In this document: positions 21,440 to 25,467 of the stretch, piece after piece
How the letters are laid out: each line of letters starts with the position of its first letter
How positions within the stretch are numbered: the first letter of the stretch is position 1
Assembly: GCA_024626585.2 (NCBI GenBank)
Contig: JANKJI020000002.1
Location: forward strand, 228,261,484-228,286,950
Direction of reading: 5' to 3'
DNA: 25,467 bases
Source of the DNA: Ginkgo biloba
Taxonomy: Eukaryota; Plantae; Ginkgophyta
Notes under the pieces: model-generated
Seen by the model: the letters and a program-made list of their open reading frames with translations, nothing else
Told to the model about the DNA's origin: nothing
The model's database searches: none
Program-made: the position numbers and the translations under genes

Positions 21440-21856
21440 ATCATGCCAGGATCATTTGTAGTTGAAGTGTCCTTCGAATCTGAGGGATCAATTTCTTTGT
21501 GAATTGTATGTTATTTCTCCTCTTTAGTTGTTAAAGATCCTTCTTTATACAATTTTAAGAATCTATCTTGTCCCAAGAGAAACTTTAGAATTTTTCCATC
21601 ATCTTCAAATACCCTCCAATGATCTACATTATCAAGTACTGAGGTTTGATTGATTTTAAAATGAGCACTAGAGCTTCACACTCGATCATATTATTAGTAC
21701 ATTTAAAATTCAACCGATATGAAAATGGAATCATATGACAATTAGGAGCATGGAATATAACACTAGCTCCTACCCCTGCCTTTAAATTTGTTCCATAAAA
21801 AGATATGGTCCACATGAGAGTGCTCCTCTTGTTGTCTTCTTCATATTGTTCTTCTT
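21440..21856 (-). pseudogene. Tat-lineage additional (archaeal-type) RNase H fragment with internal deletion
   Basis: WTISFYGTNLKAGVGASVIF...IPFSYRLNFKCTNNMIECEALVL joined directly to SVLDNVDHWRVFEDDGKILKFL. Confidence 0.85.
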
Positions 21857-21956
21857 NNNNNNNNNNNNNNNNNNNNNNNNNNNNNNNNNNNNNNNNNNNN
21901 NNNNNNNNNNNNNNNNNNNNNNNNNNNNNNNNNNNNNNNNNNNNNNNNNNNNNNNN

Positions 21957-22920
21957 TTACTTAATGATCCAATCCAAAATTATATTTAATGGCCTCCTGT
22001 ACCAACCAAAATCCCATTAGATATCATTTAAGTTGTAAGCACAACCTGGTGAGGACCTTACCAATTATATTATGTCCTACCATATTTGGTCTGTAGAAAA
22101 TACTTATCATGATTTATCTATTTTATTATATTTATTTTCAATATCTCTTATTAGACCTACAACTAAGTGGATTTTTTATTTCATACTTTAAGGATTTTAC
22201 TATAGTATTTATTACATACTTTGAAGTCCTAACAAGACAAGATATTGGCCCTAATTTTATTATGAAAATAAGATAAGATACTAGCACAAATATCACCATT
22301 TATATTCACCATTAGAGAGTAATGAAAATCATGTGTAGATATATACCAAGTAACTGAGTAGTTTATGGATATTCTTTTATGAAATATTGACTATCAGGTC
22401 CTTCTTTTAGTTCCTACAGGTAAAGAGGATGTGATAAAGAAGGAACAAACAATTGATGCATCCCATTATAAGAAAGGGTTAATCCATGACTATGTAATTT
22501 ATTCATCTTCTCCTCAATATTTTATTTATCAATACATTATGGTATATGGATTTATCAAGAGGCAAGTCCCTTAATATAGTATGAACCAAGTTCCTTCAAG
22601 TCTCAAAAATATTATGAATTAACTACGTTCTATTAATATTACCTCATCAAAAGGAGAAAATAAGAAATAACAACCATCACATTATAACTCATCATCATAA
22701 TGTCAAGCCCAAGATATAAATGTAATTCATAAGCAAGAGATTAGTAGTGATAGAATAATTTCCACACAAAGGAAGAAGAGTCCATGTGGCAAGTCTAAGG
22801 GGAATAAAAAGAATCATAAAAACCAAGAACAAGTTGCATCCAATTCTCCTAAGAAGAACAATGACAAGAAGAAGAAGAAGAATTTAGATATAATCTCATC
22901 ATAGAAGCAAAGCATTGGTA
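21957..22920 (+). pseudogene. gag: Tat-like gag (second family), decayed
   Basis: LNDPI...WPPVPTKIPLDI...PGEDLTNYIMSYHIW...LFSISLIRPTTKW...R*DTSTNITIYIH; Lys-rich tail at 22770-22880. Confidence 0.8.
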
Positions 22921-23430
22921 AGAAAACTATAAAATAGTGTTATTTAATGAAACTAATAAGCACAATCATTCAAAGTATAGGTAAATTACTAGAATCTAAT
23001 TCATGATGGAAGAAGGAAATAACTAAGAAGTTGTTACACAACCATTTTTAGATATAACAAACTAGTACAATTAGTTCATGGTCCTCAAAACTCTTCATAA
23101 CTAAGTTATTTAAATGTGACTACACAACCAAATGCATAAGTTATACCATCATATACTAACATATAATATGCACACATTCTCATGATTAATATCTTACCAA
23201 TATATGTTCATGTTATAACAAAGGGTATATAATATAAAATCCCTGAGACATAAATACTATAAAAATAACAAACAATAAAAGGTATTAACTAGCTTGGTGC
23301 TTCAATGACTTTCCTAAAACCATAAGAAGTNNNNNNNNNNNNNNNNNNNNNNNNNNNNNNNNNNNNNNNNNNNNNNNNNNNNNNNNNNNNNNNNNNNNNN
23401 NNNNNNNNNNNNNNNNNNNNNNNNNNNNNN

Positions 23431-24417
23431 TTATAGGTGCAAATTAGTAACTCGAGAACTTTATTCCCTCCTTTGCACTTTAGAATCAACATCAAAAGCA
23501 TATTATTTTGGAAAATAATTCTATCTCTAGAAATTACATCACCATAGTTTATTTTGATATGTATCTTAGTGGTTGATTCAAAATTTCCTAATGTAATTAA
23601 TTACAAATTTTGTAGAACTAAGTTATTGTGTCTACTAATATGTGCAATCCCATCTAATTAAACCTAAAATTCAAGAACAGAAATTTTAAAAAATGGACCA
23701 TACACATTAATTTTTACATATCCACACGGGTTTTTCAACTGGAGAAACCCTCTAGGGGAATAAAATTCTAGAATGTCATTAACATTAGTATTTACAATAA
23801 GGGATTACAATTCATATGTTTATTCTTCTATCTTGAGATCTAACACATAGATATTTACATAGTAAATCTAGTTTCCTTTATTTTCTACCATGTTCTTTGA
23901 GTTGTATTCTCCCTCTCTCTCTATGTCCAACTATTCTTTCTTCTAACTTTTATCCCTTTTTCCCTTAGTGTCCATTCAATTTTGTAACCACCAAGGTAGT
24001 TGAATTGTCATGATAACCTGTGGGTTCATTATCATTGCCTTTATGAGAGTGATTTGTTCCTTTGATTTTCCCTCTATCTATCAAACTATTGAAGTATGTG
24101 AATTCTTTCACCTCTGTTAGATTAAGTCTCTCTATCGATGATAATGAAAGACTTGAATTTATGTCCTTCTGCCAATAGTGATAAATTTATCTTTGCATCA
24201 TCTTCCAACACCAAAAAACATATTTTTATGCCCTCTAACAAAAATGACAAGTATTTATACCGTCATTTTCCAACAAATAAATGAATTTACCTTACTTGTT
24301 AATAGTGGCTCATTTTCCCTTGCACCATCAACCGAATCTAAGACTTTATTTAGGACTAACATGGTCTCTTATTTTGGATTTGACAAACAAATCAGACCTC
24401 CCCCTTTTGTGATTTTT
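23431..24417 (-). mobile_element. Probable Ty1/copia (SIRE-like) PPT and LTR fragment
   Basis: Minus strand AAAATCACAAAAGGGGGAG (24398-24416) resembles the SIRE PPT. LTR-like CCCTAGAGGGTTTCTCC motif near 23740-23757. Non-coding; termini not resolved. Confidence 0.4.
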
Positions 24418-24429
24418 TGGTCCCTCAAA

Positions 24430-25467
24430 AATTTCATCCAAAAATGACTTAAAAAATGATTTTCCTTGTCTAATATTATGGACTTTGAAAGTCCAAAGTG
24501 AACCCACATATGATGGAAGAATAATTTGCCCACCTCTTGGCCAGAGATGGTAATCTTGCATGGAATCACCACTTCCATCTTACCAAATCAATCGAACACT
24601 ACTAGAAATTAGTCGTGACCCTATTGCATCTTTGGAAATCCTTTAAGGAAATCCATGGGGATGCTCTCCCATGATCAACATGGTACTGGAAATGGCATAT
24701 ATAATCCTATTATTTTATTGGTAGTCTTTGAGGTACTATAAAAACACATTCCATAATGAACTTAGCAACATCCATCAACATCCATGGATAATACACATAC
24801 CTCTATAGGTTTGAAAGTGTCCTTTTAACTCCAAAGTGTCCCACCACCTTAGAAGTATGAGCTTCTCTCATCAATGCAACTTTCCCATCAAGGATACATA
24901 ACATTTAATTATGATATAATAAACCTTCTTATAAATGAAAATATTATCATTTCTCCCCTTATCATAATGTTGTCATAATTAGATGAAGTACCTTTTCAAC
25001 CTCATATTAGATACTAAATTCCTCTAAAGGAAAAGTTTGTAACTGCATCACCACTATCAAGGAAATCAATTTAGGTAGTCTTCATAGCATGCCATTAATA
25101 TTTTTTATTTCCCCCTTCTTATGCCCAATGACTAGATTAAAATATTCTAGGTACGCCATCTACTTGGCATGCCTTTCCTAATGTAACTTTGACTATGTCT
25201 ACATGAGTTGAAGTGGCCTATGGTTGGTGTTAATCATTGTATTTTTTTCCAAAATGTATGCCCTCCAATTCTTTATCACTTTATGTATAGAATATATCTC
25301 TTTATCATACACTGGGTAATTCAATATAGGTCGCGAAAAGGTTTCAAAATGATACACAATCACTATCCCTTCTTACATAAGGACAACTCCCAATGCATAA
25401 CTTGATGCATCTACCTTAATATCAAAAGGATTTTATAGATTTAGAAAACACAACACTGGTGCTTCAT
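24430..25467 (-). pseudogene. pol: Ty3/gypsy chromovirus-type RNase H plus integrase (HHCC and core N-half), decayed and truncated
   Basis: PFDIKVDASSYALGVVLM...NYPVYDKEIYSI...NHRPL; REAHTSKVVGHFGVKRT...WESIPMDF...GHD*FLVVFD*FGKM...FGLSKSIILDKENHFLSHFW. Confidence 0.9.

Noticed and set aside
3539-23501. Track ORFs containing X runs
   Set aside because: Artefacts of reading through N gaps.

Overview
AT-rich, strongly CpG/CHG-depleted eukaryotic DNA from a fragmented scaffold with eight 100-N gaps and three short gaps. The retroelement motifs look like a gymnosperm-type plant genome (inference). No intact host gene, RNA gene or CRISPR array was found; the window is a nest of decayed retroelements. 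The main feature is three diverged, co-oriented copies (starts 30, 4648, 12503) of a Tat/Ogre-like LTR beginning TGTTGACACCTTATTTT. Copy 3 follows an integrase C-terminus and a PPT, so it is a 3' LTR. Copy 2 runs about 5.9 kb to a PBS-like site and gag. Inside this LTR are two head-to-head decayed ORFs: an antisense Trp/Cys-rich ORF with a hydrophobic N-terminus that I cannot assign to a family (ORF-A), and a ~1000-codon sense ORF with an ITGLP-type plant-mobile-domain-like region plus coiled coil (ORF-B). Other pieces are a 5'-truncated LINE with an 8-bp TSD, an Athila-like element with a short LTR and a Gln-rich 3' extra ORF, Tat aRH and gag fragments, a Met-PBS LTR end, a copia-like LTR fragment and a chromovirus-type RNase H/integrase fragment. 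All translations and alignments were done by eye, so boundaries are approximate.
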